NCBI GenBank assembly: GCA_029858305.1 | Contig: JAOUFI010000004.1 | Coordinates: forward strand, 1 to 64,000 | From: Candidatus Thorarchaeota archaeon | GTDB lineage: Archaea; Asgardarchaeota; Thorarchaeia; Thorarchaeales; Thorarchaeaceae | Length of the DNA stretch: 64,000 bases | Direction of reading: 5' to 3' | The notes under the pieces: generated by a model | The model's database searches: none | The model's input: the letters and a program-made list of their open reading frames with translations, nothing else | Told to the model about the DNA's origin: nothing | Shown: positions 51,601 to 59,079 of the stretch, in pieces | How positions within the stretch are numbered: the first letter of the stretch is position 1 | How the letters are laid out: each line of letters opens with the position of its first letter | Position numbers and translations under genes: made by a program

Positions 51601-54600
51601 CTATTGTCTGTGGGTCCAACGATGGAGATTGTAATTGAGTCCCAGATCATGAAAGTTTCATCATTCGAACTTATCGTGGTTATTCCGAAACCATCTCCAG
51701 AAACACTGAGGACCGTATAGCCCCACTTGACAGCTGTTCCATCTCCATCAAAGTCAGTGTTGTTTAAGGTGAAAGATCCATCAAACACTGACCCATCATA
51801 ATCATAAACTGCGGATACAATGATGCCTGAAGCATTGGTATTTAGATTCTGTCTGTTATCTGTTGGTCCAGTGATGATTATAGTAATTGAGTCCCAGATC
51901 ATGAAGGTTTCGTCATTGGAACTTATGGTAGTTATGCCATAGGAGTCACCTGAAATGCTGAGAACTGTGTAGCCCCACTTGACAGCTGTGCCATCACCAT
52001 CATAATCTGTATTGTTTAAAGTGAAGGTGCCGTCAAAGGGTGTACTATCATAATCATAGACTGCTGTCACTATAATGCCTGAGGCATTTGCATTCAGGTT
52101 CTGTCTATTGTCTGTGGGTCCAGTGATAGTGATAGTCACTGAATCCCAAATCATGAAGGTCTCATCATTGGAGCTTATTGTGGTTATACCGAAACCATCA
52201 CCTGAGACGCTGAGGATTGTATAGCCCCACTTGACAGCTGTCCCATCTCCATCAAAGTCAGTATTGTTCAGAGTAAAGGTGCCATCAAAGGTTGCACCAT
52301 CATAGTCATAGACTGCTGATATTATGATTCCAGATGCGTTAGCATTCAGGTTCTGTCTGTTATCTGTGGGTCCAGTGATGGTGATTGTAATTGAGTCCCA
52401 GATCATGAAGGTCTCATCGTTCGAACTTATGGTCGTTATACCGAAACCATCACCTGAAACGCTGAGGACTGTGTAGCCCCACTTGACAGCTGTCCCATCT
52501 CCATCAAAGTCAGTATTGTTCAGAGTAAAGGTGCCATCAAAGGTTGCACCATCATAGTCATAGACTGCGGATACAATTATTCCAGATGCGTTTGCATTCA
52601 GGTTCTGTCTGTTATCTGTAGGACCAGCAATTGTAATAGTAATTGAGTCCCAGATCATGAATGTCTCATCGTTCGAACTTATCGTCGTTATATCGAATGA
52701 GTCTCCAAAAACACTGAGAACAGTGTAGCCCCATTTTACAGCTGTGCCATCCCCATCAAAGTCTGTGTTGTTTAGAATAAACGTGCCATCAAAAACTGTG
52801 CCGTCATAGTCATAAATTGCGGATACAATTATTCCAGATGCGTTTGCATTCAGGTTCTGTCTGTTGTCTGTAGGTCCAGTAATGGTAATGGTCACTGAGT
52901 CCCAGATCATGAATGTCTCATCGTTCAAACTTATTGTGGTTATTCCATAAGAGTCTCCAGAAACGCTGAGAACTGTGTAACCCCACTTGACAGCTGTTCC
53001 ATCTCCATCAAAGTCAGTATTGTTTAGAGTAAAGATACCATCAAACGCTACACCATCATAGTCATAGACAGCTGATACAATGATTCCAGATGCGTTAGCG
53101 TTGAGGTTCTGCCTGTTGTCGGTAGGACCAACAATGGTGATTGTAATTGAGTCCCAGATCATAAAGGTCTCATCGTTCGAACTTATTGTGGTTATTCCAA
53201 AACTGTCTCCGGAAACACTGAGAACAGTGTAGCCCCACTTGACAGCTGTTCCATCTCCGTCAAAGTCTGTGTTATTTAGAGTGAAAGTTCCATCAAACGC
53301 TGCACCATCATAGTCATAGGCTGCTGATATTATGATTCCAGATGCGTTTGCATTCAGGTTTTGTCTGTTGTCTGTAGGTCCAGTGATGGTAATGGTCACT
53401 GAGTCCCAGATCATGAATGTCTCATCGTTTGAACTTATGGTCGTTATACCATAGGAGTCTCCGGAAACGCTGAGAACTGTGTAACCCCATTTGACAGCTG
53501 TGCCATCTCCATCGAAGTCTGTGTTGTTCAAGATAAATGATCCCTCAAAAGATGTACCATCATAATCATAGACTGCTGTCACTACAATACCTGAAGCATT
53601 AGCGTTAAGGTTCTGTCTGTTGTTGGTAGGACCAGCGATTGTAATAGTAATTGAGTCCCAGATCATAAAGGTCTCATCGTTCGAACTTATGGTCGTTATA
53701 CCATAGGAGTCTCCGGAAACGCTGAGAACTGTGTAACCCCATTTGACAGCTGTGCCATCTCCGTCAAAGTCTGTATTGTTTAGAATGAATGATCCGTCAA
53801 AAGATGTACCATCATAATCATAGACTGCTGTCACTACAATACCTGAAGCATTAGCGTTAAGGTTCTGTCTATTATCTGTGGGTCCAGTAAAGGTGATTGT
53901 AATTGAGTCCCAGATCATGAAAGTTTCATCATTCGAGCTTATTGTGGTTATACCGAAACTATCTCCAGAAACACTGAGAACTGTATAGCCCCACTTGACA
54001 GCTGTCCCATCTCCATCAAAGTCTGTATTGTTAAGGGCGAAAGTACCATCAAACACTACGCCATCATAGTCATAGACAGCTGATACAATGATTCCAGATG
54101 CGTTAGCGTTCAGGTTCTGCCTGTTGTCAGTGGGTCCAGTAAAGGTGATTGCAATTGAGTCCCAGATCATGAAAGTTTCATCATTCGAACTTATTGTGGT
54201 TATACCGAAACTATCTCCAGAAACACTGAGAACTGTATAGCCCCACTTGACAGCTGTCCCATCTCCATCAAAGTCAGTGTTGTTTAAAGTGAATATGCCA
54301 TCAAACACGGCTCCATCGTAGTCATAGACTGCTGATACTATGATACCTGAAGCATTGGCATTCAAGTTCTGCCGGTTGTCTGTTGGACCAACAATTGCTA
54401 TTGTCAGAGAGTCCCATATATGGTATGTATAATCATTAGTACTAATCACAGTGATTCCATGTGTTCCACCACCAATCGAGGAAACTGTGTAGTACCATCT
54501 GACAGCAGTTCCATCTCCATCAAAGTCTGTGTTGTTTAGGGTGTAAGTTCCATCAAATGCTGTACCATCATAATCATAGACTCCACTAACGATAATACCT

Positions 54601-57176
54601 GTGGCGTTTGCATTCAGGTTCTGTCTGTTGTCTGTGGGTCCAGTGATTGTGATAGTTACTGAGTCCCAAATGCAATAAGTGGCATCATTTATGCCAATAA
54701 GTGCCACACCATGAGTCCCTCCAGAAGCTGAAGAAACTGTGTAACCTCGTTTTCCTATATCTCCATAATCAAAGGTTGTATCATTAAGAGTTAGCAATCC
54801 ATCAAAAGAGGAATCATCGTAATCATAGATTGCAGAAACGATAATGCCTGTTGCGTTCGCCCCAATATTGATTCTCTGATCTGTTGGATCAGTTATGGTG
54901 ATAATTAGTCTGTCTGCAATGTAGGTATCAGTAGCACTGGCTGCATGATAAAGATCAGTACCACCTGAGCCTGCACCTTCTTCAACCACTTTAACTGTGT
55001 AGGTGTCCTCACCGATGACATCATCAGCATAACAAGTTACATCGAATACACCAGAAGTGAGATCTGTGTCACTCCATGGACCTATATTGGTGCCATATTC
55101 AGATGTAGACACCCAGATGTCTACTGCTGTGGAAGAAGGATAAGCGTTTGTGGACGTATAATAGATGACCGTTCCAGTTAGTGAAAATGAACTGTCAAGA
55201 TTGCCTCTATCTCCAGTGCCAGAGCCATCATCTACACTAAAAGGTCCTGTATAGTCCAGACGTGTTTCCACATCCCAAGTGATAGAAGGACTACCATATG
55301 AGTCAGCGTCATTCAAATTTTGAGTGTCGACCACATAGCATTTAGCTACTAAGTCTGAAGAATCAGGGAAGTCCCAATCAACTGTGAAATAGAAAGTTGC
55401 ATCTATATCATTACCACTTTCTATCGCAGTTGAACTTACTGCGTTTAGAGAAACAACCGTTCCAATATCATAAACCTCGGTGAAGGCGTTTGTATCCTCA
55501 TCATATCTAAATCTACAATACTCTGTTGTTCCACTAGTATCCCAAAGTCCTATTTCCAGATAGTCAATGTCACCAAATCCATTCTGGTCTGAAACATGTG
55601 ATGTCACTTGATATTCTTGATATTGGGCATACATATTATCTGTATCAGAGGGATTATCGAGAGTGGGTGCTTGATCATTTACTGGTGCATAACTGACAGT
55701 CCAAGAATGAATGAGTACAGTATCTACTTCCCATGTGCTCTGGGTTGTATCCCCAGTTTCAGTACCTCCTAGAAAACGAATCTCCAAGGCACTGCTTGTG
55801 AGATAACTGCTGACACTTACATTGTTCCACTGATCAGGTGTAAGATCTGGAAGGATAGTGGACCAGGTACCATTCCAGACATCTATCTTGATGTCCTCAG
55901 AGGGCCATCCACCTCCCGTGACGGGATAGATACAGAGCTCTTCATTTTGTTCGTCAAAATCAGCTGTGGTCCATCCAACTTCCAAATCCAATTCATAGTT
56001 GGCAGAACCTACGGTCCACACATGGAGGAGAACTCCTTCAACTTGCCAGGTATCTTGAGCTGTTGAGTCGTCACTTGTGTCTGTGAATCGAATCTCAAAG
56101 GTGGAACTAGTCAAATATGAGGTCACAGATACATTATTCCATCCTGTTGCGATGTCAGAAATCACGTTCTGCCACACTGAGCCATCCCAAACATCAACTC
56201 TCAGTGCTTCGGTGCCTTGTGTACCACCATAAATGCAGACATATTCATTGGTTTCATCGTAATCAGCACCTGTCCATCCGACCTCAAGGTCGAGATCGTA
56301 GTTATTAGTGCCAGCTTGATAGACGTTTAGATAAGCCGCATCTACCCAGTTATTGACTGGAGCACCGAGTCCTTTTTGCATGGTGAACCTAATACGACAT
56401 GCATTTATCTCTGAAACAGAATCTAGACCTGATATTGCACCACTGTTATACCAAGCACCAGTTGGGTCTACAAAAGTGCCGCTAGCGTCTGCCGTTCCTT
56501 CACCAGTCCAATCTAACTCCCAAAAGATATCATCATCATCAGATTGTCCACAGTACACATAAAGAATGACTGTAAAGACCCCAGCCGTTCCACTTGTGGC
56601 AGCAAAATCATACCATCCAGAAACAGCACCATTTGAGGCTGTGGAGATATAACTTGTAGGATAGTTCTGTGTATCCAAATATGGCGATATTCCTGTTTGA
56701 ATCCAAGTTACAGGTGTTGGAGCTGTGTCAATATACAGGTTTTCATCAATTGTAGGAGTACCTGTATTTGCCTCTGTAAGGGTATCGAAGGTTGAATCTA
56801 TATCCTGCATCTCAGCAAAATCACTGTGAGTACCCACATCTACAGGAGCATGAAGATTAGATTGCTGATCAACATAATCTTCGAGGTTATAGCCCGCAGA
56901 ACCAGTATCGGATTCTCTCATCTGATTGTAGTTTGAACCGAAGTCTTGAAGGTCTGAGAAGACATTGTGAGTGCCGATATCAGAAGGACTATGAAAGTCA
57001 GACAAGGTGTCAATGAAATCCTCAAAATTGTCGCCAATTCCTGAAGGCACATTTTCTGAGGAATTTGGATACAAGAGTGAACTAGTCAAGGAATCGTCAT
57101 AATTAGTTGATGGAATAAATAAGCTGAATCCCATGAGAGATACAAAGAGAGATAGTAGAAGCACCTTTCTATTCAT
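45678..57176 (-). CDS. Giant (~3830 aa) repeat-rich cell-surface protein, type I membrane topology
   Basis: Signal peptide MNRKVLLLSLF; many beta-rich WD-x repeats and N-glycosylation sequons; TM helix followed by RRRR; ~330-aa acidic cytoplasmic tail. Confidence 0.9.
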   Translation of the reverse strand: MNRKVLLLSLFVSLMGFSLFIPSTNYDDSLTSSLLYPNSSENVPSGIGDNFEDFIDTLSDFHSPSDIGTHNVFSDLQDFGSNYNQMRESDTGSAGYNLEDYVDQQSNLHAPVDVGTHSDFAEMQDIDSTFDTLTEANTGTPTIDENLYIDTAPTPVTWIQTGISPYLDTQNYPTSYISTASNGAVSGWYDFAATSGTAGVFTVILYVYCGQSDDDDIFWELDWTGEGTADASGTFVDPTGAWYNSGAISGLDSVSEINACRIRFTMQKGLGAPVNNWVDAAYLNVYQAGTNNYDLDLEVGWTGADYDETNEYVCIYGGTQGTEALRVDVWDGSVWQNVISDIATGWNNVSVTSYLTSSTFEIRFTDTSDDSTAQDTWQVEGVLLHVWTVGSANYELDLEVGWTTADFDEQNEELCIYPVTGGGWPSEDIKIDVWNGTWSTILPDLTPDQWNNVSVSSYLTSSALEIRFLGGTETGDTTQSTWEVDTVLIHSWTVSYAPVNDQAPTLDNPSDTDNMYAQYQEYQVTSHVSDQNGFGDIDYLEIGLWDTSGTTEYCRFRYDEDTNAFTEVYDIGTVVSLNAVSSTAIESGNDIDATFYFTVDWDFPDSSDLVAKCYVVDTQNLNDADSYGSPSITWDVETRLDYTGPFSVDDGSGTGDRGNLDSSFSLTGTVIYYTSTNAYPSSTAVDIWVSTSEYGTNIGPWSDTDLTSGVFDVTCYADDVIGEDTYTVKVVEEGAGSGGTDLYHAASATDTYIADRLIITITDPTDQRINIGANATGIIVSAIYDYDDSSFDGLLTLNDTTFDYGDIGKRGYTVSSASGGTHGVALIGINDATYCIWDSVTITITGPTDNRQNLNANATGIIVSGVYDYDGTAFDGTYTLNNTDFDGDGTAVRWYYTVSSIGGGTHGITVISTNDYTYHIWDSLTIAIVGPTDNRQNLNANASGIIVSAVYDYDGAVFDGIFTLNNTDFDGDGTAVKWGYTVLSVSGDSFGITTISSNDETFMIWDSIAITFTGPTDNRQNLNANASGIIVSAVYDYDGVVFDGTFALNNTDFDGDGTAVKWGYTVLSVSGDSFGITTISSNDETFMIWDSITITFTGPTDNRQNLNANASGIVVTAVYDYDGTSFDGSFILNNTDFDGDGTAVKWGYTVLSVSGDSYGITTISSNDETFMIWDSITITIAGPTNNRQNLNANASGIVVTAVYDYDGTSFEGSFILNNTDFDGDGTAVKWGYTVLSVSGDSYGITTISSNDETFMIWDSVTITITGPTDNRQNLNANASGIIISAAYDYDGAAFDGTFTLNNTDFDGDGTAVKWGYTVLSVSGDSFGITTISSNDETFMIWDSITITIVGPTDNRQNLNANASGIIVSAVYDYDGVAFDGIFTLNNTDFDGDGTAVKWGYTVLSVSGDSYGITTISLNDETFMIWDSVTITITGPTDNRQNLNANASGIIVSAIYDYDGTVFDGTFILNNTDFDGDGTAVKWGYTVLSVFGDSFDITTISSNDETFMIWDSITITIAGPTDNRQNLNANASGIIVSAVYDYDGATFDGTFTLNNTDFDGDGTAVKWGYTVLSVSGDGFGITTISSNDETFMIWDSITITITGPTDNRQNLNANASGIIISAVYDYDGATFDGTFTLNNTDFDGDGTAVKWGYTILSVSGDGFGITTISSNDETFMIWDSVTITITGPTDNRQNLNANASGIIVTAVYDYDSTPFDGTFTLNNTDYDGDGTAVKWGYTVLSISGDSYGITTISSNDETFMIWDSITIIITGPTDNRQNLNTNASGIIVSAVYDYDGSVFDGSFTLNNTDFDGDGTAVKWGYTVLSVSGDGFGITTISSNDETFMIWDSITISIVGPTDNRQNLNVNASGIIVSAVYDYDGAEFDGTFTLNNTDFDGDGTAVKWGYTVLSVSGDSYGITTISSNDETFMIWDSITITITGPTDNRQSINANASGIIVSAIYDYDGSVFDGTFTLNNTDFDGDGTAVKWGYTVLSVSGDGFGITTISSNDETYMIWDQLVIMIGVDDSTPLNGVQANFTLAVLFDYDDTVCTSYQIAIHRNGTWWYSFTDTNKSSFVDANIDDSYTYTVFVVTSESTYGVLSFSTNSQQVVWSAAPNSAPVNDSAPNLSNPDDTDNLYARYNYYIITSSVSDADGYNDIDYIELTLYDNSRTTPVWTVRYTVSGDIFTVELGGTYITLSTSSFAVGFGNDLDVTWYIKIGWDHLDLTDVDMKQYVHDGKIGDEDFYESDWDVETRLEITGLTIDDGSGTENRGPLDGAFTVSGTLIFLGSVDNYPLANETDVWVSSSEYGTSIGPWSDLSLTSGQFSLTVYADDEVGQDTLTIKAVIEAAGSGGTDLLSSTTQSTYITDQIAVQSYAALDPRIDINDAATIDVELLYEYDSSPVINGSVTINGIAATHQGSGTWRFTDTKSSVQLFTYDTVAYSGGIHGLTQVNQNAMTQDVIWDQIVVQTTLANATRVDVGAYVEIRVTLWLAYDSSFLGSGDTVTLAGSSMNWDFSDGRFELIVSQASVGSWIYYVNSSSESNFGITSLNLSGNNVSVIWDRIQVQSYSVSDNHVNIGDSVDIDVILYYDYDDSPVTDGTITVNGISASHQGAGLWRFSDSESIVVMNTYNLVAGSGNIHGLTVVDQNTQSQNVIWDRLVIVIGVDDASSVNGHQANFTLSVTFEYNSAVCTTYQLVIDRNGTWWHSFVDGNVSQFVDTNTDVTYFYNASLVSSESTYDITAFTTTTQQVTWSVAPNEIPVNDSSPVLTNGDDTNYLYARYRFYIITTSVSDLDGYTDISYVELTLYSDDQITPYWTIRYTTATDTFSLESGSSIVIADVMSYATGAGNTLTITWYIKIGWNHDVLIDTDILQFVSDGIDSASNYYETNWNFETRLDYSTSPSLSDDRGNINTADLIGSGSVTYYGSSHSPLANETDVWIIRDGVETWSGDLSAGSFSISSIGSPATIGLNNYTFKIVVQGSGSGGTDLYYTTSLIATFITDRIEIYEAGVVDGRIDINSYCEVWWRARYEYDDFTIQSGLILDLNGSRTLVWDALGLYWRWQETSTSPSVAWFDVASASESTYGLTEWFESTSVQQVIWDALNIIITDPTDAHVNVGANATGIVVSATYAFDNTPFDGVLTLNNTNFVYTSPQIQWYTVLSATFDAFNITAILSNDITYCIWDRVLIVSVLADELYHDPGDNVRISVEIHFEYDDSPVVAGEFNIAGYSLTHVGSGIWETYVTLGSYIAITFDDLTLCNATDHGISEYNMDSNEVTVYWDRIEFYSVSSDDGRVGVGESVDIQWGARLETAGIIIPTGISVSMTGDISCIPSGGLFVASVTQSTVGSTTYSIISASLGEINNFVQSVGDITIIWDRIKAITLTATSLSQDAGLATEIRATLAYEFDDTPFTNGEVFLTGESVSMTYNSVGGYWTISITKTLAGNYAFTIGSITDSLYGVSAFDPASLSVEVEWIAVPGFTLDTMTLMLIGGGAGIVLIGVALIASRRRRGGVSIGVGEIEVSDFGIPEPTITTPAEPEIIETDVAPISDGLGPDARELLETELLAETAEEGALVEDVVAAEVVEPEAEAAAPVASSEMDVYEPEVTLQETELEPIEDSKSISIPEDSIALSEEPDVPESMQEEVLPTEEGQIEVIEAETDIATELDLQPSVSAQEPQIDEAVPSDEEYIESIEAESIDVIPEPVSEPEILPESEIVIDKSLTKKELLDRLPPEIRDALPEEDVKRMSKKEVRSLLESYTPAEEPLPEVLPDSIPAEMPDVALRLEDLSKLDKKVLLELLPDDIKSTASPRELRRLSKKEIISLLESFLEPEK
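51141..54668 (-). repeat. 14 tandem 252-nt (84-aa) coding repeats
   Basis: Unit WDSITITITGPTDNRQNLNANASG...KWGYTVLSVSGD...NDETFMI recurs every 252 nt. Confidence 0.95.
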
Positions 57177-57375
57177 ATTCTGGACTCCTTCATACTGTCG
57201 ACTGTTACATTGCATTGCATGACTTCAAGTCAGATTTGTTCTGGACTGCGCAGCAAGCTCACTATCGAGCCGTACAGGTGAGTATGCAACTTTACAATCA
57301 AATAAGAGAATCTTGGATGAATTGGATTGAAAGATTGTCAAAATAGAACCAAGTAGGTAGATAGAGCAGTCTGGG

Positions 57376-58548
57376 TTATCTTCTTTGGAATATACCAACG
57401 ACAATATTATTCCCAAATCCTCCGATATTGTGCGTAAGCCCAATATTGGGAACATCTACTTGGAGACCTTTGGGTGCTTCACTCCGCAGTTGCATGACAA
57501 TATCGCGAATCTGAGCAACTCCTGTGGCTCCAGTTGGATGGCCTCGAGCCTTGATACCTCCGGTAGTATTTACTGGCATACTCCCTGAAACCTCTGTAAG
57601 TCCCTCCCTCACAGCTTTTATCGCCTCTCCTCGATTAACTAATCCAATGTCTTCCATGTTCACTAGTTCGAGTATAGAGAATGCATCATGAACTTCGCAT
57701 ACATCAATGTCTTGAGGACCGACCCGGGCCATCTTGAAGGCCTTTTCTGCAGCCACGACAGTTGCATTCATAGAGGTGAGTGAAAGTCGATGCTGGACTG
57801 CGAGATAGTCAGTTCCATGGCCGATTCCGAGCACCCGTATTGCTCTATCTGCAAGACCATGCTCCTTCACAGCTCTATCGGATGCCACAACCACAGCAGA
57901 TGCGCCATCACTCGTTGGGCAGCAATCGTATAATGTAAGCGGATCTGCGACTGTCCTTGCTGTGTTCACCTGTTCAATGGTAATCTCTTTTTGAAAGTGA
58001 GCAAGGGGATTCTTCGCACCATTTCGATGAGCCTTTACAGGCACTAGAGAGAGTTCATCCCGGGTCAGTCCATAATCATGCATGTACCGACGAGCAATCA
58101 TAGCAGCAAGTGCTGTAGGTGTCGCACCATATCGGGACTCGTTCTCAAAGGACATCATCTTCGCAAGAATTCTTGATGCTGTCCCTCTATCAACCTCTGA
58201 CATCTTCTCAACACCAATGACAAGAACAAGGTCCGCCATCCCAGCAGCCACGACTGTAAACGCAGCCTCAAATGCACTTGAACCTGAGGAGGGGCCAGTT
58301 TCCACTCGCGTAGCTCCTGCAGGAACTAATCCAAGCACATCAACAAGTACGGTAGAGAGATGACCTCTACTCACGAACTCATCAGGATTCTGAGTACCCA
58401 CGAACAGATGGTCAAATTGGGCCCCAATTGTTGAAGAATCCTCCATCGCCTCAAATACGGCGTTCTTGGCTAGTTCAAGGATTGAATCATCAAGTATGCC
58501 AAACTTCGTCATCCCAACACCGATGATGTTGACTGGCTCCAAAGTCAA
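57376..58548 (-). CDS. Thiolase-superfamily protein (lacks catalytic Cys)
   Basis: YDCCPTSDGA, EVHDAF, GHPTGATG, HNIGG. The nucleophile loop reads ETGPSSG. Confidence 0.9.
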   Translation of the reverse strand: MTLEPVNIIGVGMTKFGILDDSILELAKNAVFEAMEDSSTIGAQFDHLFVGTQNPDEFVSRGHLSTVLVDVLGLVPAGATRVETGPSSGSSAFEAAFTVVAAGMADLVLVIGVEKMSEVDRGTASRILAKMMSFENESRYGATPTALAAMIARRYMHDYGLTRDELSLVPVKAHRNGAKNPLAHFQKEITIEQVNTARTVADPLTLYDCCPTSDGASAVVVASDRAVKEHGLADRAIRVLGIGHGTDYLAVQHRLSLTSMNATVVAAEKAFKMARVGPQDIDVCEVHDAFSILELVNMEDIGLVNRGEAIKAVREGLTEVSGSMPVNTTGGIKARGHPTGATGVAQIRDIVMQLRSEAPKGLQVDVPNIGLTHNIGGFGNNIVVGIFQRR

Positions 58549-58554
58549 ACACCC

Positions 58555-59079
58555 TCACTCAATGAGAACTAGAACATCTGTGGGGTTAACCATGGTTCCC
58601 ACTTCGACATTCACTTCCTTCACAGTACCTTTGATATCAGTTTTCAACTCATTGAACATCTTCATTGCCTCAAGTATACAGACAGTCTGACCTGCTTTGA
58701 CCGTATCACCAATCTTCACGCGTACTTCTGTGATCTTGCCAGGCATAGGAGGATAGATACCACCAAGGACTCTCGGTCCAGTCTGAGAAGATGAAGAAGA
58801 CTTCTTTGCTATTTCCTGTTTTTTAACTCGTTCCCATTCAATTTCATGCTCTTGACCATTTATCTCCAGCACAACTGCTTTCCCCGCCCGTTTTAGTACT
58901 TTCACTGAATAATCAGAAGTTGTATCATTGACAATCCACGATCCATCTTCAGCTGGAGTTGGTTTCATGGTAAAACTCTGGTCTGCAACCTTCACGACCA
59001 GCAAGCCGCCCTCATCGAGCTTCCTTACCTCTACTTCGAACGGTTTCTCATCAAGTGTTATCTTGTATTCTGGACTCAT
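58555..59079 (-). CDS. Biotin carboxyl carrier protein
   Basis: PMPGKI...LEAMKMFNE biotinylation motif. Confidence 0.93.
   Translation of the reverse strand: MSPEYKITLDEKPFEVEVRKLDEGGLLVVKVADQSFTMKPTPAEDGSWIVNDTTSDYSVKVLKRAGKAVVLEINGQEHEIEWERVKKQEIAKKSSSSSQTGPRVLGGIYPPMPGKITEVRVKIGDTVKAGQTVCILEAMKMFNELKTDIKGTVKEVNVEVGTMVNPTDVLVLIE

Noticed and set aside
51141-54668. Regularly spaced repeats as a possible CRISPR array
   Set aside because: The period is 252 nt, the repeats are in frame within a CDS, there are no unique spacers and no cas genes.
45603-57375. Target-site duplication or terminal inverted repeats flanking the giant gene
   Set aside because: No convincing direct or inverted repeats at the two junctions by eye, so it is not called a mobile element.
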